Virus record (IMG/VR): IMGVR_UViG_3300046170_000502
Span: 32,001-96,000 of that record
Reading direction: 5' to 3' (one strand)
DNA from: a virus
Length of the DNA stretch: 64,000 bases
Made by a program: the position numbers and the translations under genes. This document shows positions 1 to 9,241 of the stretch, in pieces. Each line of letters starts with the position of its first letter. Position 1 is the first letter of the stretch. The notes under the pieces were generated by a model, which was given only the letters and a program-made list of their open reading frames with translations, did no database searches and was not told the origin of the DNA.

Positions 1-817
1 CAAGGACATTTGCACAGAAGATGAAGAAAAAGAAAGATATTAGAAGTTTCAAACAAGACCCAAGAGACGAGATTCCATTTTGAAGTACAACATTTCATAC
101 AAGGATAACGAAGAAGACAAACAAATAAACTTTCATACAGAGAAGAACATGATTACCTACTTAAATAAAAACATAAATTATTTAAATACATTAAATCATG
201 TTTACTTGAATTTCAAAACAATCAAACTTTCATTAAAACAAACTATATGGAGAAAAAAATAAATGCAAGAAATAATAAATAAAATATACGAGCGTATGGA
301 ATTTTGTGCAAACGCACACACAAATTGCCAAGCAGAAGAACAAGCATACATTTCAGAATTAAGTTGTCTGAACGAAATTTTAGATCAAATTGAAGGTTTT
401 CCTTGGGATCACTTACAAACAACAGAAGCTAATTAAACAAAAAAAACTATAAAATAACATGAGCAAAAAAGCAACAACAAGAAGAAATACTCCAAAAGAA
501 CAAAGTGCGAAACTCCATCAAGTTTCCAAGAAAGTATCTCATGGAGGTGCAAAGCCTCTTGTGCCACACATTGATATGCCAAATGTAATGGTTACTCAAA
601 AAGTTCGCAATGCACAAGATCGCAGAAGACAATCAAACTAATTTATTTCTACAATTAACCGAGCGTTGGCAAGATGGACAATATGCTCAAGTTGCAGATT
701 ATATCAGACATGACATTGTATTTTCAAATCGGGCTAATTTAATAGATTTTTGCTTGTATTTATCTAAACACTTAGGAATCAAAGAATTAAAAATTTTACA
801 AAAACTAATTTAAATGC

Positions 818-846
818 TTGACATCAAGCTAAAAATTTCGTATTAT
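818..846 (+). promoter_or_regulatory. sigma70-type promoter, leaderless start of ligase
   Basis: TTGACA-N17-TATTAT, then 7 nt to ATG 854. Confidence 0.8.
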
Positions 847-853
847 TATAACC

Positions 854-2044
854 ATGACGAAAACATTGCAGACATTATATAAAGTAGATACTAAAGGAAA
901 ATTGCGAGAATGGACAATGCACATTGATGGTGCATCCTTTTATGCAGTTAAAGGCTTGGTTGAGGGCAAGAAGACCCAAGATAAAGCTACAACCACAATC
1001 GCCAAGAATGTTGGGCGAAGCAATGAAACAACTCCCGAAGGTCAAGCAGAATTGCAAGCTCAAGCTAAATTCCAAAAGAAATTGGATAGTGGATATGCTC
1101 TCAACGAGATAGATGCACAGAAAAAAAAGTTTTATGAGCCAATGCTTGCACACAATTTTAAAGATCGTCAAGACGAATTGGTTGGGAATTATCCTCATTT
1201 TTCGCAACCAAAGCTAGATGGCATTCGTTGCGTTGTTCGCAAAGAAGGTGATACGCTCATTGGAAGGACTCGCAATGGTAAGGAGATAGAGTGCATACCT
1301 CATATCCTTAAAAGCCTAAATGGGTTCTTTCTCGCTCATCCAAACGCTATTCTCGATGGTGAACTATATAACCATGATTTGCGTGAAAACTTCAACAAGA
1401 TTACATCACTTGTTCGCAAGCAAAAACCAATCAAGTCAGCAAAAATGACTGATAAAGCATTTGCCAAAAAGCAAACTGAATATCAAGAACGACTCGCAGA
1501 AGCAGAAGATACTATTCAATATCATGTATATGATGCACCAAAGATCAATAATGTTGTAAATGAAAACCAACCTTTTGATTTTAGAATGGATGAACTAAAA
1601 GCTAAACTAATGACAAACAAACATATTATATTAGTTGAAACAAATGAAGTTTATTCTCTCGGCAATCTAAATAGTTTGTATGAACAATATCTTGAACAAG
1701 GATACGAAGGACAAATGGTTCGCAAATCACTATCTAAATATGATAACAAAAGAAGTACATCATTATTAAAAAGAAAAGAATTTATTGATGCAGAATATAA
1801 AGTTGTAGATATTGATGTTGGAAATGGTAATCGTAGTGGAACTGCAAAACATTTAGTGTGTTATTGTCCGACAACAAAAACTACATTCAATAGCAATATC
1901 AAAGGTTCATTTGACTACCTTAAAGAGATATATGATAATCGCAAAGATTATATTGGTAAATTAGCAACCATTAAGTATTTTCAACTTACTCCCGATGGAA
2001 TTCCAAGATTTCCATATGCAATAGCATTTAGAAACTACGAATAA
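854..2044 (+). CDS. lig: ATP-dependent DNA ligase
   Basis: Motif I QPKLDGIR, motif III LDGELY, EGQMVR, LLKRKEF and C-terminal OB-fold GIPRFP; sigma70 promoter directly upstream. Confidence 0.93.
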   Translation: MTKTLQTLYKVDTKGKLREWTMHIDGASFYAVKGLVEGKKTQDKATTTIAKNVGRSNETTPEGQAELQAQAKFQKKLDSGYALNEIDAQKKKFYEPMLAHNFKDRQDELVGNYPHFSQPKLDGIRCVVRKEGDTLIGRTRNGKEIECIPHILKSLNGFFLAHPNAILDGELYNHDLRENFNKITSLVRKQKPIKSAKMTDKAFAKKQTEYQERLAEAEDTIQYHVYDAPKINNVVNENQPFDFRMDELKAKLMTNKHIILVETNEVYSLGNLNSLYEQYLEQGYEGQMVRKSLSKYDNKRSTSLLKRKEFIDAEYKVVDIDVGNGNRSGTAKHLVCYCPTTKTTFNSNIKGSFDYLKEIYDNRKDYIGKLATIKYFQLTPDGIPRFPYAIAFRNYE

Positions 2045-2266
2045 ACATATAAAAAACATATATGTTACATATAAGTCAACATATCAAACAACTAAAAACA
2101 AGCATACCAAGGAATGCCCCATAGAAACCTCGTAAGATACCCTATTAATCATCTTTATATACTATAACACAATATACCATTCTATATAAGTAAAACAATA
2201 CAATATAATAAGAATATTAGTATAGTAAATAATAGATTAAAAATTAAAATAAAAAATATTAAAATG

Positions 2267-2291
2267 TGGGGTAAAATGGGTGATAGTGGGT
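2267..2291 (+). promoter_or_regulatory. three TGGGN direct repeats at 10-bp period (MraZ-box-like)
   Basis: TGGGG-TAAAA-TGGGT-GATAG-TGGGT in a very AT-rich intergenic region. Confidence 0.45.
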
Positions 2292-2352
2292 TGCACGACT
2301 TAAATATATAAAATAAAACATTCGATTATAACTTAATAACAAAAGAAAAATA

Positions 2353-2769
2353 ATGCAAATACAAATAAATAATTATAGAATTAGAAGATATGATAGTTTA
2401 AACTTGTGTGTTGAAGTAAAAAAAGAAAAACAACAAGCAAAAAATCCATATGGAAGGAACGGCAAGAGTGGTAGCGAGCCAATCGCACAAAATAATTCAT
2501 CAAATAATGTACAATATAAGTGGCATTTAATTGGATATTATTCTACATTAGATTATTGTTTAAAAAAATTAGTAGAAGATTGCTTGACAAATGATGAAGA
2601 TATTAATACAATACAAGAAATAATAAATAAAATAACGCAATTACATGAAAAAATTAATAAAATTAGTGCTGATAATGAGAGGTTTATTGAACAAAATATT
2701 TTATCAAGTTCTGCGGATCAAGAGGATCGAGTTAGCCAACTTGCCGAAGAAGCAATCAATCAAGCGTAA
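2353..2769 (+). CDS. hypothetical phage protein
   Basis: 138-aa ORF on the local coding strand. Confidence 0.7.
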   Translation: MQIQINNYRIRRYDSLNLCVEVKKEKQQAKNPYGRNGKSGSEPIAQNNSSNNVQYKWHLIGYYSTLDYCLKKLVEDCLTNDEDINTIQEIINKITQLHEKINKISADNERFIEQNILSSSADQEDRVSQLAEEAINQA

Positions 2770-3108
2770 TTCTCATGGATTTCCAACACTTTACAAAGAT
2801 TAATATAATAAGTCATTCATTCTTAATTATTTACAAAATTTTATAATTATTTACATTTATTCTTGACTTGTCTTTTATTATATTGTATAGTGTAATATAC
2901 ATATATGAAGAAGAGGAAGATAAAGTTAAGCATATAGATGTAGATCACAGATAACAATCTCCGAAATTGAATAGATGAAGATATGATCGAGCCTTCAACG
3001 AAAATATCTTAAAAAATCTTCCGAATGTTGACGGCAAGGATGAGATCGAGAAGAGCTTGAAAAATACAATACAAGAAATAAAAGATAAAAATAAAACATA
3101 ATACTTAA

Positions 3109-3327
3109 TTGCATAAAAAAATGGATGAATTACAAGAAATAAGTGCCGAAATAATAGAAATATTCAATACAAAGATAGGCGAACTATCTACAGAGCAAGC
3201 CGAAACCATAAATCTATGCAATAGTAGCATGAATTTTTACATGGAATTAGGCGAGCGAGAAAAAGCATTGTGGGAAGCCAAATATACATTACAATTATTA
3301 AATAATATAGTAAACAATGGCAAATAA
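3109..3327 (+). CDS. small helical protein, paralog of 3317-3544 (start possibly 3121)
   Basis: ORF; shares EII..N.S..F..E....A..EA pattern with the next ORF. Confidence 0.65.
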   Translation: MHKKMDELQEISAEIIEIFNTKIGELSTEQAETINLCNSSMNFYMELGEREKALWEAKYTLQLLNNIVNNGK

Positions 3328-3544
3328 ATATACTGATGAAGATGTATTACAATTATCATATGAAATAATACAATTAATTGAACAAAATATTTCTTGTTTT
3401 AATGATGATGAGACAGAGAATGTTATTACAAGTAATGAGAGTATCGCATTTCATGTAGAGAATGATAATATAGATAGAGCATATATAGAAGCACTCAATT
3501 TAAAAGAATATTTAATAAAATTAAAAAATAACAAATATAAATAA
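3317..3544 (+). CDS. small helical protein, paralog of 3109-3327
   Basis: ORF overlapping the previous stop; shared residue pattern. Confidence 0.65.
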   Translation: MANKYTDEDVLQLSYEIIQLIEQNISCFNDDETENVITSNESIAFHVENDNIDRAYIEALNLKEYLIKLKNNKYK

Positions 3545-3756
3545 TGCACGCACGAAGAGAAATAGATCATATATTAGATAATATTAATGAAATAATTGCA
3601 AAAAATAAAACATCAAATAAAGAAAGCGAAGATGATCGAGCAATGCTTGAACACTTGTACGCAACAATCAATCTCAAAACAAATGACGGCAAATATGCTA
3701 AAGGAATGTGGACTGACTCGCCCGAATTTAATTGTACAAATATTTTTATCAAATAA
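3544..3756 (+). CDS. hypothetical protein
   Basis: TAATG stop/start overlap with the upstream gene. Confidence 0.6.
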   Translation: MHARREIDHILDNINEIIAKNKTSNKESEDDRAMLEHLYATINLKTNDGKYAKGMWTDSPEFNCTNIFIK

Positions 3757-3758
3757 TC

Positions 3759-3835
3759 GGGGTAGTAGCTCAGTTGGTTAGAGTGTCTGCCTGTCACGCA
3801 GAAGGTCGCGAGTTCGAGTCTCGTCTATCCCGCCA
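3759..3835 (+). tRNA. trnD: tRNA-Asp (GTC) with encoded CCA
   Basis: Acceptor GGGGTAG/CTATCCC, D-arm AGCTCAGTTGGTTAGAG, anticodon stem TCTGC-CTGTCAC-GCAGA, T-loop GTTCGAGTC, 3' GCCA. Confidence 0.97.
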
Positions 3836-3893
3836 TTTGATTTTTTTTAAAAAAGGCTTGACAATCGCCAAATATTCTGCCATACTATTAATC

Positions 3894-4034
3894 ATGGACG
3901 AAATAACAAAGGAATTGCAAAAGATAAAAGACCAAATATCTATCTCAAATGGATACACAGATGATGTAAGAAAAGAATTATCTGATTTAAATAAAACACT
4001 AATGTTGATTGCCCAAATATTAAGAAATAAATAA
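3894..4034 (+). CDS. small hypothetical protein (true start 3894; the track's 3732 start runs through the tRNA)
   Basis: TTGACA-N17-CATACT at 3858-3886, 7 nt to ATG. Confidence 0.6.
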   Translation: MDEITKELQKIKDQISISNGYTDDVRKELSDLNKTLMLIAQILRNK

Positions 4035-4472
4035 ACAAATTTTTGCATGATATAAAATGCTTTATTATAGTATTTACTCTTATACAATATAATATACTAA
4101 ATAAACAATACAATTGCATGATATAAAAAGCAAAACAATATAACTTAAATAAATACTTAATTATATAAAATAAATTATAGAATATGATATACGAAATAAT
4201 ACATTCAATAGTAAGTTGCGTAGGAGCAATAACAATTCTAACATTAATATCTTTTGCAGTAGATAAAGCATATAGATTAATCGCAAATAAAATTTAATAA
4301 AATTATGAATCAAATAAACTCAAATAAATACTTAGTTGGAAAAAAGAAAAGCGGACGAGGAATGGTTGGACACAAGGGTGGATTAGCTACTCCAACGGGA
4401 GCATTCGGAGGAAAAAGTAAGTTCAACAAAAAAAAGCTTGACAACAAATCCTAATCTGATATACTTAGGGTT

Positions 4473-4724
4473 ATGAATTATTGCGAAGAACAACTTGAAT
4501 ATCTTGAGTGGCAAGCTCAAGTAGAAAAAGAAAAGAATACAAACCCATGCGATCTCGCAGAAGGAGTATATATGTTAGTAGATGATGCGAGTCCGAGCGA
4601 ATCGCCTATTTATTTTCGTTCACTTAAAGGTGCAGTTGATTGGGCAGAGAATGACGATCAATACATTTCTTATCAAGGACAAGAACAATGGTCTGTTTAT
4701 AGAGTTGGAGGAAAAGTACTATGA
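4473..4724 (+). CDS. hypothetical early protein
   Basis: TTGACA-N16-TATACT at 4438-4465, 7 nt to ATG. Confidence 0.75.
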   Translation: MNYCEEQLEYLEWQAQVEKEKNTNPCDLAEGVYMLVDDASPSESPIYFRSLKGAVDWAENDDQYISYQGQEQWSVYRVGGKVL

Positions 4725-4909
4725 CATTTCAAGAAATCGACATTAAAAATATTGACGGCATGATACCAAATGGTAGCGAACTCGCAGTTATTGACAGAAA
4801 AGATTTAATGAAAGATGATCTCGATCAAGCATTGATTCTCTATGGATGGGATGAAGTAGGAATGTTCGATCATGAATTTGATCTTCCAACATACGGATTC
4901 GTTTCTTAA
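4721..4909 (+). CDS. hypothetical protein
   Basis: ATGA overlap with the upstream gene. Confidence 0.65.
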   Translation: MTFQEIDIKNIDGMIPNGSELAVIDRKDLMKDDLDQALILYGWDEVGMFDHEFDLPTYGFVS

Positions 4910-5000
4910 AAAAAAGACTTGACAATATATTACATTCTGATATACTAGAATACATAAAACAAATTGCCGAAACTAATTAACCTAAAAATTATATAAAATT

Positions 5001-5222
5001 ATGAGTATTGCGAAAAATGCGAGAGCGAGCCAAGTAATGGCAGATATTAAAAGTGGTAAACATACACCTGCGAATAAGCAAGGTAAGTTTGCAAATTATG
5101 GATCAGTTGCCGAGGATAGTATATATTATTCCACCAAACTATCTCAAAAAGCAGATGCAGTTCGCATCGCACGAGTCGAAGCAAGTCGAGCAAGATTAAG
5201 ATTGAAAGGAATTTTTATTTAA
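5001..5222 (+). CDS. small basic hypothetical protein
   Basis: Promoter TTGACA-N16-TATACT at 4919-4946; ORF. Confidence 0.65.
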   Translation: MSIAKNARASQVMADIKSGKHTPANKQGKFANYGSVAEDSIYYSTKLSQKADAVRIARVEASRARLRLKGIFI

Positions 5223-5476
5223 TGATCGAGTCGCTATCCCCAAAAGTTTCTATGTTCGCCACAGAACAAGAACTCCGAGAAGAGTTAACTGAAAAAGAAT
5301 ATGTTTATGTTAAACTCGCCAAGCTAAACGAACATATCGCTGATCTTTATCATTGCACACAATATCCAAACAATAAAATAATTGATGCAAATAACTCATA
5401 CAAATATATTAACCAAATACAACAAGACCTATTAAGAATAAATAGAAGAGCAAATAATAAAATTACAAATAAATAA
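5222..5476 (+). CDS. hypothetical protein
   Basis: TAATG overlap with the upstream gene. Confidence 0.6.
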   Translation: MIESLSPKVSMFATEQELREELTEKEYVYVKLAKLNEHIADLYHCTQYPNNKIIDANNSYKYINQIQQDLLRINRRANNKITNK

Positions 5477-5485
5477 AAAAAGAAC

Positions 5486-5514
5486 TTGACTTTTAATCAA
5501 ATATAGAGTATAAT
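5486..5514 (+). promoter_or_regulatory. sigma70 promoter driving a non-coding transcript
   Basis: TTGACT-N17-TATAAT, no + strand ORF of 60 aa or more before the terminator at 5817. Confidence 0.8.
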
Positions 5515-5559
5515 ACTCGTATAACAATTGAGAAATAAACTCAATCAAATAAAATAAAT

Positions 5560-5571
5560 TGATCTTTAACA
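5560..5571 (+). promoter_or_regulatory. rrn-type boxA-like antitermination element preceded by a small hairpin (5527-5545)
   Basis: TGATCTTTAACA, 11/12 match to E. coli boxA TGCTCTTTAACA. Confidence 0.55.
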
Positions 5572-5584
5572 TTTTAAAAACTTT

Positions 5585-5794
5585 GGAGAGGTAGATATAC
5601 TTCTCCTGTGGGTGACCGAATAAGCCTGTCGTGAGCGGGCTAAAGTATGCAGATCCCTGTGGTAGGGTTGGTAGAGTTCAATCGAATGAGCCAAATGACA
5701 ATACCATGTCTAGTCTGTAGTTTGAAGTAGGTACACAATGAACTGATGTTCACGCCGAAAAATTGGAGGTATACAGTAGTCCTTCCCCACGCCA
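5585..5794 (+). ncRNA. candidate structured ncRNA of unknown family (about 210 nt)
   Basis: GC-richer island of successive hairpins (5585-5606; 5623-5641 with GTGA loop; CCCT/AGGG; GACA/TGTC; TGAAC/GTTCA); GTGGG 5608 can pair with CCCAC 5786; ends in GCCA; own promoter and terminator. Confidence 0.7.
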
Positions 5795-5816
5795 TTTTCT
5801 TAATCATGCATTCTAG

Positions 5817-5851
5817 CCTACTCAAGGTTTATTCCTTGGGTAGGTTTTTTT
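5817..5851 (+). terminator. intrinsic terminator
   Basis: CCTACTCAAGG-TTTATT-CCTTGGGTAGG followed by a T-run. Confidence 0.9.
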
Positions 5852-5888
5852 GTTTGACAATGATTCGAAATCTGTCATACTAGTATAC

Positions 5889-6143
5889 ATGAATACATTA
5901 AAAAACATTCTTGCGAACTACGGATATATAACCAAACCACAACTCGCCGAACTCAACGAACACTTTCCACACATGAAAGTAGTAATCAAGTGGGGAGGCA
6001 TGCCCCGTGATCGAGTTCCTGTTCGCCAAGCAGTGAAACTCATTAAAAATATTGAATCAAAAAACATCGACTATTGCAGAGAAGTATTCTTCGCATCAGA
6101 TGAAATGAGTAAGCTTAGAGAAGTATTTCACATTGCACAATAA
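5889..6143 (+). CDS. hypothetical early protein (start revised to 5889)
   Basis: TTGACA-N16-CATACT at 5854-5881, 7 nt to ATG. Confidence 0.7.
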   Translation: MNTLKNILANYGYITKPQLAELNEHFPHMKVVIKWGGMPRDRVPVRQAVKLIKNIESKNIDYCREVFFASDEMSKLREVFHIAQ

Positions 6144-6161
6144 CCATAAACAAAAAAACAT

Positions 6162-6737
6162 ATGATTAATCCAGCAGAAGTAACAAACTATAATAGAACA
6201 CAATACGAATTAGAAGAATTTATCTTGTTCTGTATTAATGTAGCAGGAAAGAAAAGTTCAATTGAAGCACCTAAATTAGAAGTGTTTATTGAAAGAGCAA
6301 AAGATATAACAAAAGAAACAAGTCCATTTAATTGTATAAGAAAATTGATTAAATTGGGCCGGCTCCAAGAGATCATGCATTGGGCAAAGCTTAGTCCATA
6401 TCAGCAAAGATACAACTCTTATGTTGCTGTATCAAAGATTCAAGACCTCCAAACCGTTACCCTGAACAGGTTATTGCAGGTTGCAGGCATCGGGCTCAAA
6501 ACAGCAAGATTCTTTCTTTCTCATAGCCGCGAAGACTTTGACGAACCAATGCTCGACACACATATCTTAAGGTTCCTTCGCGACCAAGGATACAGTGACG
6601 CCCCAAAGAGCACTCCTTCGAATGTCGGTATCTACAACTATTACGCTAATGTATTCAAAATGTTTGCAAGGACCTTAGGAAAGTCAGTTACTGATCTTGA
6701 TCTTGAAATTTGGAAAAAGTACTCGGGTACTGCTTAA
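6162..6737 (+). CDS. HhH-GPD superfamily DNA glycosylase/AP lyase (Ogg/EndoIII-like)
   Basis: LLQVAGIGLKTARFFL helix-hairpin-helix followed by LDTHILRFL with the catalytic Asp. Confidence 0.75.
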   Translation: MINPAEVTNYNRTQYELEEFILFCINVAGKKSSIEAPKLEVFIERAKDITKETSPFNCIRKLIKLGRLQEIMHWAKLSPYQQRYNSYVAVSKIQDLQTVTLNRLLQVAGIGLKTARFFLSHSREDFDEPMLDTHILRFLRDQGYSDAPKSTPSNVGIYNYYANVFKMFARTLGKSVTDLDLEIWKKYSGTA

Positions 6738-6966
6738 TGGATACTGCTACAATTATTATTGTTGCATTCATCATAGGCCTTGTCCGCGCCGTTCTAGAAA
6801 CAAAAAACGAGGATTTTTAGAAGCCAAATATTCTTCAGCCAAATAACACAACCAAATACCAATTATATATATTACAAATAAGGGGGAAACAAATAACAAT
6901 CCAAATAAATAAAGGAAGTAAAATGTAGATAAAATTAGAAAAAAAAGAATAAAATTAAAAATTACA

Positions 6967-7043
6967 TAAGTCGTTGTATATCAACAAGTTGCGGAAAATC
7001 CGCCTAGGCTTTTTTACGTAAGTCTTTGAAGCTCAACAACTTA
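6967..7043. repeat. 77-bp double-dyad element, copy 1
   Basis: TAAGTCGTTG-TATAT-CAACAAGTTG, 27-bp spacer with CCTAGG, TAAGTCTTTG-AAGCT-CAACAACTTA. Confidence 0.9.
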
Positions 7044-7108
7044 CAACTATATTCAATTAAATGAAAAAAAAGGTTGACTTGCGGTAAAAACCTGTCATAC
7101 TTGTATAC

Positions 7109-7507
7109 ATGATTAAGACAAAGCCTAACGAAAAAAGATATAAGATTGACTTTGGCAGTCCTGTTTTTGTTTACAAAAATCTTCACAAAAAATGTTGGAG
7201 CATCAAGCAAAACGGATTGGTCAAGGCTCATACTAAATTATTAGCAATGCATAGTTGCACCTTCAAGGTTAATAAAAATGGGCGACAAAGAGTTTTAAAA
7301 GAACAGCGTAAAAATGTTCATGCAGGAATCGAGGGCTATATAGAGAATTGGCAAATGGGTGATTGGAGAGAATCTCATCCCACCGCACGACCTGTTTCAT
7401 ACAACCCATATAAGTATGAGAATTTTGTTGACAAGGACACGGAACAAATGGTAGACTATGCTATTGCCGTAAGATTAGAACCCAAACAAGTATTAGCAGT
7501 ATTATGA
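7109..7507 (+). CDS. conserved hypothetical phage protein
   Basis: VYKNLHKKCWSI...GRQRVLKEQRKNVHA pattern recurring in phage early regions; promoter 7074-7101, 7 nt to ATG. Confidence 0.8.
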   Translation: MIKTKPNEKRYKIDFGSPVFVYKNLHKKCWSIKQNGLVKAHTKLLAMHSCTFKVNKNGRQRVLKEQRKNVHAGIEGYIENWQMGDWRESHPTARPVSYNPYKYENFVDKDTEQMVDYAIAVRLEPKQVLAVL

Positions 7508-7655
7508 ATGAAACACAAATGACCAAAACAAGTATCCAAAAAGAGATCATTGACCAATTTGACTATTTAAGTCCGAGAGAGTTAATGGTGATTTTCGAGT
7601 TAATCTTCGGAATGGGAGAGGTTCAACTAGATGAAGTAGATTGGAGTAAGTAATT

Positions 7656-7889
7656 ATGACACAAGCAAAAATTAGAGAAAACATTTTAAGCATCGTTCGA
7701 GGAGAAATGGCATACGCAGATCCAATGTCCAAGGTTTGCTTGGAGCAGAACGAGCGTCACCCCGAAAAGTTTCCACTTGGAAGTACATTTCAATCAGCCG
7801 AAGAAGTTTTAGAAGACATCATTTTAAGTTTGACATCATTGCAAAATGAGCTTAGAATAGAGTCTTCATTTCAATCAGCACAACTATAA
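7656..7889 (+). CDS. hypothetical protein
   Basis: ORF within the operon. Confidence 0.65.
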   Translation: MTQAKIRENILSIVRGEMAYADPMSKVCLEQNERHPEKFPLGSTFQSAEEVLEDIILSLTSLQNELRIESSFQSAQL

Positions 7890-7905
7890 ACACAAGGAAA
7901 AAATC

Positions 7906-8313
7906 ATGGGATTAGATCAATACGCATACGCACGACCACCACGCAAACGCAATTCAGACAACGATATTCAAGTTGCCGAGTGGAGAAAACACAATCGCTT
8001 ACAAGGTTGGATGGAACACCTTTGGCAAAGCAAAGGTTGTCCAAACGCAAATGAAGATGGTGATTTTAATTGTGCAGTATTACCACTCACATCTGAAGAT
8101 ATTGATTCTCTTGAAGATGCGATTCTTAACTTTGAGTTACCCCAAACGGACGGATTCTTTTTTGGTTCTGATTCTTATTTTTGGACTGACGAAAATGATG
8201 AACCTCATGCCGATAACGATTATTGGTACAAAGAATCTGACTTGACATTCATCAAAGAAGCAAGAAAAATGATTGAGAAAAAGCACAGAATTTTTTACTC
8301 TTCTTGGTATTAA
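7906..8313 (+). CDS. conserved hypothetical phage protein (MGLDQY/WRKHN type)
   Basis: MGLDQYAY...WRKHNRLQGWM...FYSSWY pattern; AAGGA upstream. Confidence 0.8.
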   Translation: MGLDQYAYARPPRKRNSDNDIQVAEWRKHNRLQGWMEHLWQSKGCPNANEDGDFNCAVLPLTSEDIDSLEDAILNFELPQTDGFFFGSDSYFWTDENDEPHADNDYWYKESDLTFIKEARKMIEKKHRIFYSSWY

Positions 8314-8351
8314 GGCTTGACTTTCGCTGAAAATCTGACAAACTATACATT

Positions 8352-8549
8352 ATGAGCATGACACTAGAAACACCACAACAAATTAACGCATTCCGATTAA
8401 GGACTCTCGCAAGAGGAATAAAATTGGAAATGAATGGATTAAAGATGTCGAGAGGTAGAAGTTGCTACTCGATTGTAAAATCTGAATTCGGATTCAAGGG
8501 CAACAAGCAATCTGTTCTTGACCAATTACTCAACCACATGGAGGGATAA
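8352..8549 (+). CDS. hypothetical early protein
   Basis: TTGACT-N16-CAAACT at 8317-8344, 7 nt to ATG. Confidence 0.75.
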   Translation: MSMTLETPQQINAFRLRTLARGIKLEMNGLKMSRGRSCYSIVKSEFGFKGNKQSVLDQLLNHMEG

Positions 8550-8551
8550 GG

Positions 8552-8761
8552 ATGAACGAATATATTGATGCAGTATGCGAGGGACAACCTCTTGACAAAC
8601 CAAGTTTCAACCAAGATTCAGAGCAATGGGAATTGTACTTTGAAGAGTCTGCCACGCCTTGGCATCCTTATGACTCAAGGGATTTAATCGCAGTAAGTTT
8701 TGACTCTGCCCAAGAAGCAGAACAATCTTACAACCACTATTCACAACCTAACCAAGGATAA
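8552..8761 (+). CDS. acidic hypothetical protein
   Basis: ORF 2 nt after the previous stop. Confidence 0.65.
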   Translation: MNEYIDAVCEGQPLDKPSFNQDSEQWELYFEESATPWHPYDSRDLIAVSFDSAQEAEQSYNHYSQPNQG

Positions 8762-8936
8762 GATATGCGAAATTCTCGAATTGAAAATCTTAGGAATAAA
8801 GTTCGCAATATGGGCTACGCTTTGGCTCAAGCTGAATTGCGAGGCTTGAGGGGAGAAGAATTGTTTGCTAAGAAATTGGCTCACAACCTACTTCTTGGCG
8901 AACTTTACTCTCTCGAAAAAAGGGTATAGTTAAAGG

Positions 8937-8966
8937 GGCGGGCTTGGGAAAACCCAAGCTCGCCTT
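8937..8966 (+). terminator. GC-rich hairpin, probable terminator abutting repeat copy 2
   Basis: GGCGGGCTTGGG-AAAA-CCCAAGCTCGCC. Confidence 0.65.
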
Positions 8967-9041
8967 AGCCTTTGTTATTCAACGACTTACGAAAAATCGC
9001 CCTGGCCGGTTTGGCCTAACTCATTGATACTAAGTAACTTA
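8965..9041. repeat. 77-bp double-dyad element, copy 2
   Basis: TTAGCCTTTG-N5-CAACGACTTA, N27, TAACTCATTG-N5-AAGTAACTTA. Confidence 0.85.
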
Positions 9042-9241
9042 CAACAATCTTTATTTTTATGAAAAAAAAGGGTTGACATTACATCATTTTCTGTCATACT
9101 TGTATACATAAGCGAGATAACTGAACTTAAAAAAAATTAGTCGAAACAAAAAAAACTTAATCGAAGAAAAAAAAGCTTGACAAAAACCAAAAACTTTAGT
9201 ATAATTAACCCATCAAAGACGATAAACCAACACTAAAAATT

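Noticed and set aside
459-813. Possible frameshift joining ORFs 459-641 and 610-813
   Set aside because: Overlapping independent starts explain it equally well, and no homolog-based motif supports fusion.
2890-2894. GTGTA upstream of a small ORF at 2905
   Set aside because: It overlaps the -10 box of a sigma70 promoter (TTGACT-N17-TATAGT), so it is not counted as a late promoter.
5740-5762. CTGATG...GAAA as a hammerhead ribozyme core
   Set aside because: The core reads CTGATGT rather than CTGANGA, and no stem II can form before GAAA.
5585-5794. tmRNA or RNase P RNA assignment for the ncRNA
   Set aside because: No GGGG 5' end or TTCGA T-loop for tmRNA, no tag-like ORF, and no GAGGAAAGUCC P4 motif.
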